Below, one piece after another: positions 19,509 through 27,287 of a DNA stretch of 55,522 bases. The number at the start of each line of letters is the position of its first letter. Within the stretch, counting starts at the first letter, position 1. The DNA is from a virus (taxonomy: Duplodnaviria > Caudoviricetes), in IMG/VR virus record IMGVR_UViG_3300031515_000001, positions 1 to 55,522 of that record; one strand, given 5' to 3'. The translations under genes were made by a program, and so were the position numbers. The notes under the pieces were generated by a model. That model worked only from the letters and a program-made list of their open reading frames with translations. It was not told where the DNA came from and searched no databases.

Positions 19509-20191
19509 ATCCCCTTATATGGTGGCATTCTATATGGAATGTTATATAATTCTGGATAATTGTTCTTTATAATATTGAAAAAGCTATTTAAATCCTTACC
19601 CATATATCTGAATGGATAATATCCATATCTTTTTGCTAATGAATCGGCTATACGAAGTGAATATAATTGGGCAAATAATTCAGCTGGGTCGTTAATCAAA
19701 GCTCCTCCTAAGTCAGTTAATCGTGCTAAATCAGATAAAGGTATTTTATCATAACTCCGAATTACAGACATTATATTTTTAGGCTCGGCAACATAAAAAA
19801 CGTGATGTCCTACTTCATGGGCAGTAGTTGAAGGTAAGGCTCTGCCTTTTACTAAGAAAATAGCACTTTGGGAAGGCACATAATATCCACTTATGTATTC
19901 AGCAATACTTTCCCCCATTTTAGCCACTTCTGCTGGAGATACAACATCCACATGCTTTATACCTTCTATATGTCTTTTAGGAATAGCCTGTATTGTATCA
20001 GAAGCAATATTTTTTATTACATTTGAAGTGAGAAAAGAGCCTGACTCATTCATTATTTCAGGCAAAGCTGCCAAGGTAGCTCTGGTTAATGCCTCACGGG
20101 CAATTAAAGGCGTAGGAGTGGGTAAATCAACATTTTGATATAAGAAGTCTAAAATTGTATTTGTCTTTGGTGGTTTTAGTATAACTGGCAT
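19502..20191 (-). CDS. zincin-like metallopeptidase
   Basis: AHEVGHH (HExxH) with downstream ELFA third-ligand motif. Confidence 0.6.
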   Translation of the reverse strand: MPVILKPPKTNTILDFLYQNVDLPTPTPLIAREALTRATLAALPEIMNESGSFLTSNVIKNIASDTIQAIPKRHIEGIKHVDVVSPAEVAKMGESIAEYISGYYVPSQSAIFLVKGRALPSTTAHEVGHHVFYVAEPKNIMSVIRSYDKIPLSDLARLTDLGGALINDPAELFAQLYSLRIADSLAKRYGYYPFRYMGKDLNSFFNIIKNNYPELYNIPYRMPPYKGIW

Positions 20192-20383
20192 CTTATTATA
20201 AATTATAATCTATATAAGATGCTTTTTAAAAATAAATCACATTAATATTCATCAGAATATTTATTAATTACCATAGCATATAGCAGCAGGCAGTACAAAA
20301 TACAATCCTGTACTCTTTCCTTAATTTCTTTTACATCATAACTATTATTTTCTATAGCAGGGGTTATACTTTCTGATATTCAA

Positions 20384-20683
20384 TCATTTTATCCTGCCAA
20401 GTAAATCTTCAAAATCTTTCATTCTTATAATTACATAATCATTTTTATAATGCTGCCCTACAAGATGCACAACTACAGCTGGAATTTTGCCTTGCTCGCA
20501 GTTTCTAATAGCTTGCATAAACCATTTTTCTCCTACAAACCTTGAAACACTCTTACATTCTATACTAAATATTGGGTGTGAAACATCCTCTTTACCCAAT
20601 ATTCCCACTCTTTTACCTCCTAATCTTTTAGCCACTATCTTTTCTGTTCTTTTGCCTCTTTGTCTGTTCTTATTCGGATTCAT
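20384..20683 (-). CDS. PD-(D/E)XK Holliday-junction-resolvase-like nuclease
   Basis: RGKRTEK..AK, ED...IECK, QA..N motifs. Confidence 0.7.
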   Translation of the reverse strand: MNPNKNRQRGKRTEKIVAKRLGGKRVGILGKEDVSHPIFSIECKSVSRFVGEKWFMQAIRNCEQGKIPAVVVHLVGQHYKNDYVIIRMKDFEDLLGRIK

Positions 20684-20703
20684 TCTTGCCTCCTTATCTG
20701 TTA

Positions 20704-20937
20704 CTACTCTTGATTACACTTTACATTACCACTTTTCTTTAAAGTGTATTTTATATATCCACAACAGAGTTCAGCCTTGAATTGATAATTTATTATCTGT
20801 ACATCCTTCTGCCTCAGTATCTGCTCATAGTTATTATATATTTCTAATTTATTTTTCACTGCGAAGTAATGCCAAGCATAGCCCAGCATTACTCCTATTA
20901 CTATGCCTGTTATTAACCAACTAAATAGCTTTTTCAT
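20704..20937 (-). CDS. membrane-anchored hypothetical protein
   Basis: N-terminal TM helix. Confidence 0.5.
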   Translation of the reverse strand: MKKLFSWLITGIVIGVMLGYAWHYFAVKNKLEIYNNYEQILRQKDVQIINYQFKAELCCGYIKYTLKKSGNVKCNQE

Positions 20938-20987
20938 CTCTTATTGTCTCTCTTAAAATTTTATCAGCTTATTGAGATATATCATCA

Positions 20988-21551
20988 TTAAAAAATTTCA
21001 TTCTTCTTCCTCCTAAAATCTTTACAAGCTTTAACTTTAATTAATGCCTTTGCAAATGCAATAGTTTCCCCTTTTATACTAACATTGGAAGTGATTTCTT
21101 TTCTTATAAGAGCCATATCAAATGCTTGCCCTTCCAAATGTTCTGCTTCACAATAAATATAATTACCATTATATTTAAAATTCACACAGCCACAACACAA
21201 ATGGATAGTGTCATCATGAACCTGTTTCAGTAACTGCTTGCTTATTTTATCTGCTAATGATATATATTCTAACTTAAACATACTACGGTTACCATGCTTA
21301 AATCTTTTATCAACTACTACTCCACCTTTTTTCAGCTTCCATAACCAACCATCAATTTTATATCCATCTCTTAGAGGAATTTTAACCAGATTATCCTTAA
21401 GATGCCTATGAACAGCCATTCTTACAGAATCATAGGAATATCCCTTTTCAGCTAACATGTTGTATACTTCATTACATCTTATACCTTCCGGGTAATCAGT
21501 TAAAATATTTAAAACCATGTTAGCTATTGTTATTCCAATTCCCGTCCCCAT
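20988..21551 (-). CDS. putative winged-helix DNA-binding protein with Cys cluster
   Basis: ILTDYPEGIRCNEVY...SVRMAVHRHL...GWLWKL wHTH-like; C-terminal Cys residues. Confidence 0.45.
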   Translation of the reverse strand: MGTGIGITIANMVLNILTDYPEGIRCNEVYNMLAEKGYSYDSVRMAVHRHLKDNLVKIPLRDGYKIDGWLWKLKKGGVVVDKRFKHGNRSMFKLEYISLADKISKQLLKQVHDDTIHLCCGCVNFKYNGNYIYCEAEHLEGQAFDMALIRKEITSNVSIKGETIAFAKALIKVKACKDFRRKKNEIF

Positions 21552-21729
21552 GAATCCTCCTTAACCAAAGAAAAATAATGTTTCATAAATTTCAAATTCT
21601 TTTCATATAATCCATCTTTAGACAAAAACATTACCTTTACAATATAGAAGCCCTCATCTTGACCAACATAAACTCCCTCATCTACCACTTCGCCCATCCT
21701 ATTAACTACATAAACACGTCTTTCCATAT
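21530..21729 (-). CDS. hypothetical protein (start uncertain)
   Basis: ORF in operon overlapping both neighbours. Confidence 0.45.
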
Positions 21730-21968
21730 TTAAATCCATCCGAAAAACCCCTATCATAAATAACCTTAGCAATAGAATAACTGATATTATGTTGTTTGGC
21801 TAATTCTTTGATTATAGACTCAATACTTATAATAGAAAGCTCTTCTGTATCATCTACATAAATAACTGAACCTATCTGCTCTCCCTTAATCAGCCCCTGC
21901 TTCCACCACCTCCAAGCAGTCATATAAGATATTCCTCTTCTTTTAGCAAAATCCTTCAATCTAATCAT
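21702..21968 (-). CDS. MerR/excisionase-type HTH protein (IS607 TnpA N-terminus-like)
   Basis: LKDFAKRRGISYMTAWRWWKQGLIKGEQIGSVIYV; strong SD; first gene after a consensus promoter. Confidence 0.75.
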   Translation of the reverse strand: MIRLKDFAKRRGISYMTAWRWWKQGLIKGEQIGSVIYVDDTEELSIISIESIIKELAKQHNISYSIAKVIYDRGFSDGFKYGKTCLCS

Positions 21969-21994
21969 AACACTTTCACCTCCTTTCTGTTAAA

Positions 21995-22024
21995 ATTATA
22001 TAACAAAACAGAACTTTTTGTCAA
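21995..22024 (-). promoter_or_regulatory. sigma70-type promoter
   Basis: TTGACA-18 bp-TATAAT upstream of 21968. Confidence 0.85.
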
Positions 22025-22054
22025 GTTTAATATACAAATTTTATATACAATCTG

Positions 22055-22072
22055 AATTAAATCGATTTAATT
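22055..22072. repeat. 18-bp palindrome AATTAAATCGATTTAATT
   Basis: Perfect copy 30 bp upstream of the -35 box. Confidence 0.95.
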
Positions 22073-22431
22073 TCTCTTATTGCAGATTTTTACTAAAAGC
22101 TGCATTATATTACTAATATATGTATAGGTGGGAACGTGGAGGGAGTTTATTAGCCAAAGTTTGCCTTTTCTTATTCAGCTTTTACAAACTGGAGGGAAAT
22201 TTATAAATGCCCAGCTCTTATAAATAGCTTTCCCTATTCAGCTTTTATAACCTGAGAGGAAATTCTATATATGAATTTATACCTTATATAAATAAATGGG
22301 CGAGATTTTCCTGAATGAGGGGCTTTATGGAGAGGGAGAAAGTTGTGAGTAAGAGGGCTTTGTATAATAAGAAGGTGCCCCAGCTTTTATTTATCAGCAG
22401 GTGGAAAAAGAGAGAACTACATAGAAGTAGA

Positions 22432-22449
22432 AATTAAATCGATTTAATT
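22432..22449. repeat. 18-bp palindrome AATTAAATCGATTTAATT
   Basis: Perfect copy; extends to 24 bp (AGA...TCT). Confidence 0.95.
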
Positions 22450-22577
22450 TCTCTGTAGATTCATAGAGACGTTAAAGCACCGCCTCCGCAGACCAATAGC
22501 CCCCACCCCTTTCCCACCTACCTATATCAGATGAAATATAAAACTGTCTAAACAAACCTCGCCCCTGCAGACTTAAT

Positions 22578-22780
22578 TAAATTTATAAAAGCACCTATCC
22601 CAGTTATAAAAGTACCTTCCATTTATGAAGATTCCTTCTATTTACAGAAAGCTTAATTCTATTTATAAAATCATGTTTCATTTATAAAACTACATTCCAT
22701 TTATGAAAAGCTCATTCCATTTATGAAATTACATTCCATTTATGAAAATGGAAAATTACATTCCATTTATGAAAAGCTCA
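22578..22780. repeat. iteron-like tandem array, ~10 units mostly of 19-21 bp
   Basis: CATTCCATTTATGAAA exact at 22693, 22713, 22732, 22759, with degenerate TTCYATTTATRAA units upstream. Confidence 0.85.
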
Positions 22781-22846
22781 TAGAAAAAGACAAATGCTGA
22801 TTAATAAAACACCCCCCTATTCCCATCTACGGGTAGGCATATAAGA

Positions 22847-22864
22847 AATTAAATCGATTTAATT
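22847..22864. repeat. 18-bp palindrome AATTAAATCGATTTAATT
   Basis: Perfect copy. Confidence 0.95.
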
Positions 22865-22919
22865 TATGAAGACGCAAATTTTGAAGAATAAGAATGGCAT
22901 AACACGGTTAAAAGAAAAC

Positions 22920-22945
22920 TAAAAAAGAGGGGCTTTCGCCCCCCC
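22920..22945 (-). terminator. rho-independent terminator
   Basis: GGGGGGC-GAAA-GCCCCTC followed by TTTTTT directly after the stop at 22946. Confidence 0.85.
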
Positions 22946-23236
22946 TTACAACTCAACTACATTTTCCTTTTTCTCTTTTTTGGCTGGTTTGGATTTTTCT
23001 ATACCTCCACGGAATAACATAACTTTTCCTTGTTTGCTGTAGCCTATACAAGAACTTGGGATTTTGATGTTGAATTCTTTTAGTATATCGATTACCCGCA
23101 TATTTCTTGTTTCCTCTCCAATTTTTACTTGAATAAACTCTGTCACAAAAAGACAATCCAGTCTTCTGTCTCTACTCTTTTTCACTACCTTCAATAACTT
23201 GTCAAAAAGCTCTTCATACTTGTACTGTTTACTCAT
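22946..23236 (-). CDS. basic hypothetical protein (start moved to MSKQY)
   Basis: SD AGGAGG at 23243-23248; own leader motif and terminator. Confidence 0.75.
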   Translation of the reverse strand: MSKQYKYEELFDKLLKVVKKSRDRRLDCLFVTEFIQVKIGEETRNMRVIDILKEFNIKIPSSCIGYSKQGKVMLFRGGIEKSKPAKKEKKENVVEL

Positions 23237-23259
23237 TTTAAACCTCCTACTTATTTTTA

Positions 23260-23299
23260 GACCGCCAATGGCAGTCAACCTTTATGTGAAGTCAAGAAA
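23260..23299 (-). promoter_or_regulatory. conserved leader motif, copy 1 (upstream element plus hairpin)
   Basis: TTTCTTGACTTCACATAAA then GACTGCC-ATT-GGCGGTC on the coding strand. Confidence 0.7.
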
Positions 23300-23582
23300 T
23301 TCAACCGCAGTAAACTTTTTTTGTAAATAACGTGTGTGGACAAAAGAAGGCTAATAAAAGTCTGTTTGTGCTTCGCACACGACATGACACGGTTAAAAGA
23401 TACACAAAAACATATCGTTTATATCGTTATGAGAAAACAAAAAATAAAAAGCCGAAACGATAGGCTATAACGATTATACGATAGAAATTAAATCGAGCTA
23501 TTAACAGGATGTAACGATAGGCATGATTGAATTTACGCGGTATGATATGAGTTAAATTCGGTAGGTATAACGATAGGTTGTG

Positions 23583-23600
23583 AATTAAATCGATTTAATT
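23583..23600. repeat. 18-bp palindrome AATTAAATCGATTTAATT
   Basis: Perfect copy. Confidence 0.95.
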
Positions 23601-23687
23601 CATGAAAGCGTCAAAGTATTGGCACTTTTGCAAAGTTTACCCCTATCATTTTTGAATTTTAAGTGCCAATATTTTGACATTTTTATG

Positions 23688-23705
23688 AATTAAATCGATT
23701 TAATT
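23688..23705. repeat. 18-bp palindrome AATTAAATCGATTTAATT
   Basis: Perfect copy; extends to a 32-bp perfect palindrome at 23681-23712. Confidence 0.95.
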
Positions 23706-23731
23706 CATAAAATCCACCGTTATACCTACCG

Positions 23732-23749
23732 AATTAAATCGATTTAATT
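23732..23749. repeat. 18-bp palindrome AATTAAATCGATTTAATT
   Basis: Perfect copy; extends to 24 bp (CCG...CGG); 4 nt after the stop at 23754. Confidence 0.95.
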
Positions 23750-23753
23750 CGGC

Positions 23754-24536
23754 TCAGTAATAAAGAGAGTTACGGTATTTGCAATGTTCACAATCCCAAA
23801 CGGTACATTCGTAACATCTATGACTATAACCCCATGTTCTGTGCCAGCGATTGCCTTTATGTTTAATCTTGCCTTTTATTTCTTTGTCAATTAGTGATAT
23901 CAGCTCAGGCACGACTGATATCGTGTATTTCATTTCTTTGAGATTGATATACTCGCCGAACGTATGTTCTCTGTGAAAGCCTATTCCAAGATTTACCGAT
24001 GCAACTTGAAAGTATTCGCCGAGTATTGATATATCCGAAAAAGTGCCTACGCCTATCGGAAAATACTTTTTTATACATCTAACAAATTTCCTTACTTTTT
24101 TATCACGGGAAAGTAACTCATCGTTATAAAAAACAGCATCGTTGCCCCTTCTATCCAACTCTATGAAATATGGAGTATCATTTAATAACTCACATTCACA
24201 CGCCTCAGTAGCACCGATGGCTCCCGTTTCTTCTTTATCGGTGAATAGCAAATTTACCGATAGATGCTGAAATTGCAAAAGAGAGTAAACTCCGCATCTA
24301 TCGTCTCCACCGATGCCTTCTGGAGACCAAATATATCGGTTATTCCACAAAATGTTTCGTGGTGGTTCCTTGTGGACTGTATCAATGTGAGCAACCATAG
24401 TAGGAAATTTTTTATCCTTAAAGTACAGGATATAGCTCTCTCCTACGATGGCGTTTTTATTGTTTTCTTTCAGATACTGAAACAATTCAGCATCTGATAA
24501 TTTAAGAATTTCTATAAAATCGTTAATATTTACCAT
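23754..24536 (-). CDS. M28/M20-like zinc-dependent peptidase/hydrolase
   Basis: AHIDTVH, GGDDRCG, FTDKEETG, ELDRRG, FSDI, EHT..E metal-ligand motifs; C-terminal CxxC pairs. Confidence 0.8.
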   Translation of the reverse strand: MVNINDFIEILKLSDAELFQYLKENNKNAIVGESYILYFKDKKFPTMVAHIDTVHKEPPRNILWNNRYIWSPEGIGGDDRCGVYSLLQFQHLSVNLLFTDKEETGAIGATEACECELLNDTPYFIELDRRGNDAVFYNDELLSRDKKVRKFVRCIKKYFPIGVGTFSDISILGEYFQVASVNLGIGFHREHTFGEYINLKEMKYTISVVPELISLIDKEIKGKIKHKGNRWHRTWGYSHRCYECTVWDCEHCKYRNSLYY

Positions 24537-24741
24537 CTTTGTTCCTCCTATATCGTATTTTTACAAGGTGCCCTGAAAGGGCGTCTTTTATTTGTTTTGC
24601 TACGGTGTAAGGCACATTTCTGTATAAAATTTGGTTTCTTTCATATCGGGGCTGTGCCTTTACTCCGTAGCTTGATAGAATCACCGATACATCTATATCG
24701 GTGATTAATATTACTAATTGGTTATTCTTCAATGTACTCAT
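24523..24741 (-). CDS. hypothetical protein
   Basis: 72 aa ORF overlapping both neighbours. Confidence 0.55.
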   Translation of the reverse strand: MSTLKNNQLVILITDIDVSVILSSYGVKAQPRYERNQILYRNVPYTVAKQIKDALSGHLVKIRYRRNKDGKY

Positions 24742-25951
24742 CAGGCTCCTCGTTTATATTGTTTTCGGTGTAATTCTCTGCACAACTGGGGCAATATGCT
24801 CTATCGTTTATATAATGGGCTTCCGTGTCTTCTACGAGACCACAACATTTTTCACACTCCACATAGTAATGATCTGCACAAGTGGAGCAAATGACATCAT
24901 CGTCCCATGTATAATATCCGTTGTCTCGGTAAGCAAGCACACCACATTCTGAACAATAGAAAAATATCTCATTGAAACAATTTTCACAATAAACATTCCC
25001 ACGTTCGAAGTAGGCTTCATCCTCATACAACCGTTCGCCACAATTATCGCAGTAGTGATATTCTGCTGTTCTAAACTCATCTGCTACGCCATTATCGTAG
25101 CAGACCTCACACAAAAGTACTGTGCGACCTTCATATTCGTGACCTCTATGCCTCCAGAAAAAGGAGTAGAGGTCAGCATCTAATGCTACAAAATTTCGTA
25201 ACTGTGTTTTTTTCCCACAGAACGGGCAGGTAAATGTGTAGCTATCCATATCTATTTTATTGGGGCATTCCTTATTAAAGGATATAACAAGCCCCCGACT
25301 ATTGTTTATATAGATATAAGTACTGTCCAAATCCACTATCTTGTAAGTACATTCGGCTTTATCGTATAAGCGCCTAACTGCCTCAGCAATAATTGTTTTA
25401 TGTTCTCTACGGGTCAAGTCCATACCGTATACATTGAAAATACATACGATATCTTTATCTAATTCCCAAAGCCAGAATCGGCTCTGGTTTATTGTTACTA
25501 ACTTTATCCCGTTTTTGCTAAAAAGGAAAGGGGTAAATGATCTTTCCCTTCCGCTCTTAAAGCAGGAGTGGCTATCACTACAAGTTACAACGTTTATGTC
25601 AAGAGCATCTTTTACTTGAACTACAAATGTATCGACAGGAAGATAAAACTTCCTGACGAAATTACAAAATGATTCGAAAATTCTCGACTCTCGGGATATA
25701 CCGCCTATTATCTGGAGCCTTCTTGTGATAGCTCCCCATAGCGCTTTAGTTATTTTTCTCCCATCTTTCATTACGAAAGATGAGAGGTCCATCGTTTGCA
25801 TAATGTTTTCAACTTCTGTCCTGATTGTCTCAGGACTGATTACTGGTAATCCCTGGACGAAAGACGCCACGAAATTTGACGTCTCCGTCCTGATTGTTTC
25901 TGGAGAACTTATTAGTTCTCCAAATGTGGAAAATACTACTTCGTTATTCAT
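24722..25951 (-). CDS. protein with multiple CxxC zinc-ribbon repeats (start moved to MNNEV)
   Basis: Eight CxxC pairs in the C-terminal part; SD GGAGG at 25958-25962. Confidence 0.75.
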   Translation of the reverse strand: MNNEVVFSTFGELISSPETIRTETSNFVASFVQGLPVISPETIRTEVENIMQTMDLSSFVMKDGRKITKALWGAITRRLQIIGGISRESRIFESFCNFVRKFYLPVDTFVVQVKDALDINVVTCSDSHSCFKSGRERSFTPFLFSKNGIKLVTINQSRFWLWELDKDIVCIFNVYGMDLTRREHKTIIAEAVRRLYDKAECTYKIVDLDSTYIYINNSRGLVISFNKECPNKIDMDSYTFTCPFCGKKTQLRNFVALDADLYSFFWRHRGHEYEGRTVLLCEVCYDNGVADEFRTAEYHYCDNCGERLYEDEAYFERGNVYCENCFNEIFFYCSECGVLAYRDNGYYTWDDDVICSTCADHYYVECEKCCGLVEDTEAHYINDRAYCPSCAENYTENNINEEPDEYIEE

Positions 25952-25975
25952 TTTAAACCTCCGCTTTTTGTTTAC

Positions 25976-26018
25976 GACTGCCAAAGGCAGTCTTTGCCCT
26001 TTTTGTGAAGTGGAGAAA
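25976..26018 (-). promoter_or_regulatory. conserved leader motif, copy 2
   Basis: TTTCTCCACTTCACAAAAA then GACTGCC-TTT-GGCAGTC. Confidence 0.7.
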
Positions 26019-26161
26019 CTAACGGATAACAATACGATTGAAACGAAAAAGACGAAATATAAGATAAAAGATAGCCGAGCAGACTAAATAAACTCAATCT
26101 ACTCGGCTGTTTTTGGAGGACTGGTTTATTAGAGCGTTTAGGAAGGCTTTAATTTATGTTT

Positions 26162-26686
26162 TTAAAAGTGGTAATCAATGGTCTTTACAACATAAAATTT
26201 TTCATATTTATAGCTGGGAATGTTCAGCACGAATTCATATAAATCTATTTCATTCAGAAACCCCCACTCAGGGAAATAAAAATAAAAGCCTTTTCTCAAG
26301 TAGGCTTCATAAGCAACATCTATTAGACTGGGGGCAGGTTTTTCTAATTCCTTTTTTATTCGTGCAATTCTTTTCTTTATCTCTTTCTCTATAGTTTTCT
26401 TTAGTTTATCAACTGGAACTACCCAGTAGAAATACCTCCCCCCATCTATTTCTATCTCTTCAGGCTTGATTAATGGAGCCTCTCCCATCCCATCTATTCC
26501 TATCCAGTCTGCAAGCCAATCTACATCTTCCTGCACGAATTTCTCTCCTTCTTCCAGTCTATCGCTCGCATAATCACACCCTCTGATAGTCTCAATAACG
26601 TCCTCTGTATCAATTGAAAGTGCGGTTTCAACTTCTTCTGTGTTTTTAATATTCAATACCATACAAAAAACTCTTGAATGTGACAT
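26162..26686 (-). CDS. hypothetical protein
   Basis: SD AGGAGG; 174 aa acidic protein. Confidence 0.75.
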   Translation of the reverse strand: MSHSRVFCMVLNIKNTEEVETALSIDTEDVIETIRGCDYASDRLEEGEKFVQEDVDWLADWIGIDGMGEAPLIKPEEIEIDGGRYFYWVVPVDKLKKTIEKEIKKRIARIKKELEKPAPSLIDVAYEAYLRKGFYFYFPEWGFLNEIDLYEFVLNIPSYKYEKFYVVKTIDYHF

Positions 26687-26701
26687 ATTAGTTCCCTCCT
26701 T

Positions 26702-27100
26702 TTACCAAGGTATATAAGATAATTTCTTGCCTAAAAGCTCTTCTACTTCTTTCACTTCGTCCATTGTAAGGAAGACGCTCACCATCTCAATTACTTTGTT
26801 TGGTAATACTTTATAACCCCAAGATATGCCGTCCTCTCCAGTAAACATCAAATCAACTTCTCCTGAAACAAGAATTTCTGATAATGAAGTAGCAAACAGT
26901 TCGTCATCACTGAATTCGGAGTAATATTCTTCAACTCCTATGCCTTTAAACATACCATCTTCATTTGTTTCAAGAACTACTCCATGAAACCCACTTGCGT
27001 TTTTCTCATCCTTAAAAAACTCTTCCACCTTCTTTACTTTTTCTACATCAACTTTTGTTCCACTTTTGATGTTAAACATAAAATACGAATAATAACTCAT
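26702..27100 (-). CDS. hypothetical acidic protein (start moved to MSYYS)
   Basis: SD AGGAGG at 27106-27111; GEDG..WG motif. Confidence 0.75.
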   Translation of the reverse strand: MSYYSYFMFNIKSGTKVDVEKVKKVEEFFKDEKNASGFHGVVLETNEDGMFKGIGVEEYYSEFSDDELFATSLSEILVSGEVDLMFTGEDGISWGYKVLPNKVIEMVSVFLTMDEVKEVEELLGKKLSYIPW

Positions 27101-27124
27101 AAAAACCTCCTTTTTATTTTTCCA

Positions 27125-27167
27125 AACTGCCAAAGGCAGTCTCTGTATTTTATGCAAAGCAGAGAAA
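27125..27167 (-). promoter_or_regulatory. conserved leader motif, copy 3
   Basis: TTTCTCTGCTTTGCATAAA then GACTGCC-TTT-GGCAGTT. Confidence 0.7.
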
Positions 27168-27193
27168 TTTTCAAGAAAGGGATGAGGCTATTG

Positions 27194-27231
27194 TTGGATA
27201 AAAGATAGCTAATTGGATAAAAGATGGCTAA
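27194..27231. repeat. 19-bp direct repeat x2
   Basis: TTGGATAAAAGATAGCTAA / TTGGATAAAAGATGGCTAA; GATAAAAGATAGC also near 26053. Confidence 0.75.
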
Positions 27232-27245
27232 TATGCCGATGAAGA

Positions 27246-27263
27246 AATTAAATCGATTTAATT
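27246..27263. repeat. 18-bp palindrome AATTAAATCGATTTAATT
   Basis: Perfect copy just downstream of terS. Confidence 0.95.
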
Positions 27264-27287
27264 TCTCTGCCTCATAAATATTCGATT

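Larger units (their letters stand above)
23555..23735. repeat. ~180-nt imperfect inverted repeat
   Basis: AATTCGGTAGGTATAACG (23555-23572) pairs with 23718-23735; 23601-23627 pairs with 23661-23687; contains two palindrome copies. Confidence 0.85.

Noticed and set aside
21702-21968. IS607 insertion sequence
   Set aside because: Only the HTH is present; no resolvase catalytic domain or TnpB
22578-22780. Tandem array read as CRISPR
   Set aside because: Variable parts are mostly about 5-6 nt, far too short for spacers
23681-23712. Protelomerase (tel) site
   Set aside because: No protelomerase or tyrosine-recombinase gene recognised, and the core palindrome occurs 13 times rather than once
23583-23749. 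Three palindrome copies read as a CRISPR mini-array
   Set aside because: Repeat is only 18-22 bp and fully palindromic, spacing is irregular (105 and 44 bp), and the intervening DNA is itself an inverted repeat
25952-27157. Shared peptide QRLPLAV at the track N-termini of 24722..26032 and 26702..27157
   Set aside because: It is the translated non-coding leader hairpin; the SD-supported starts are downstream at 25951 and 27100
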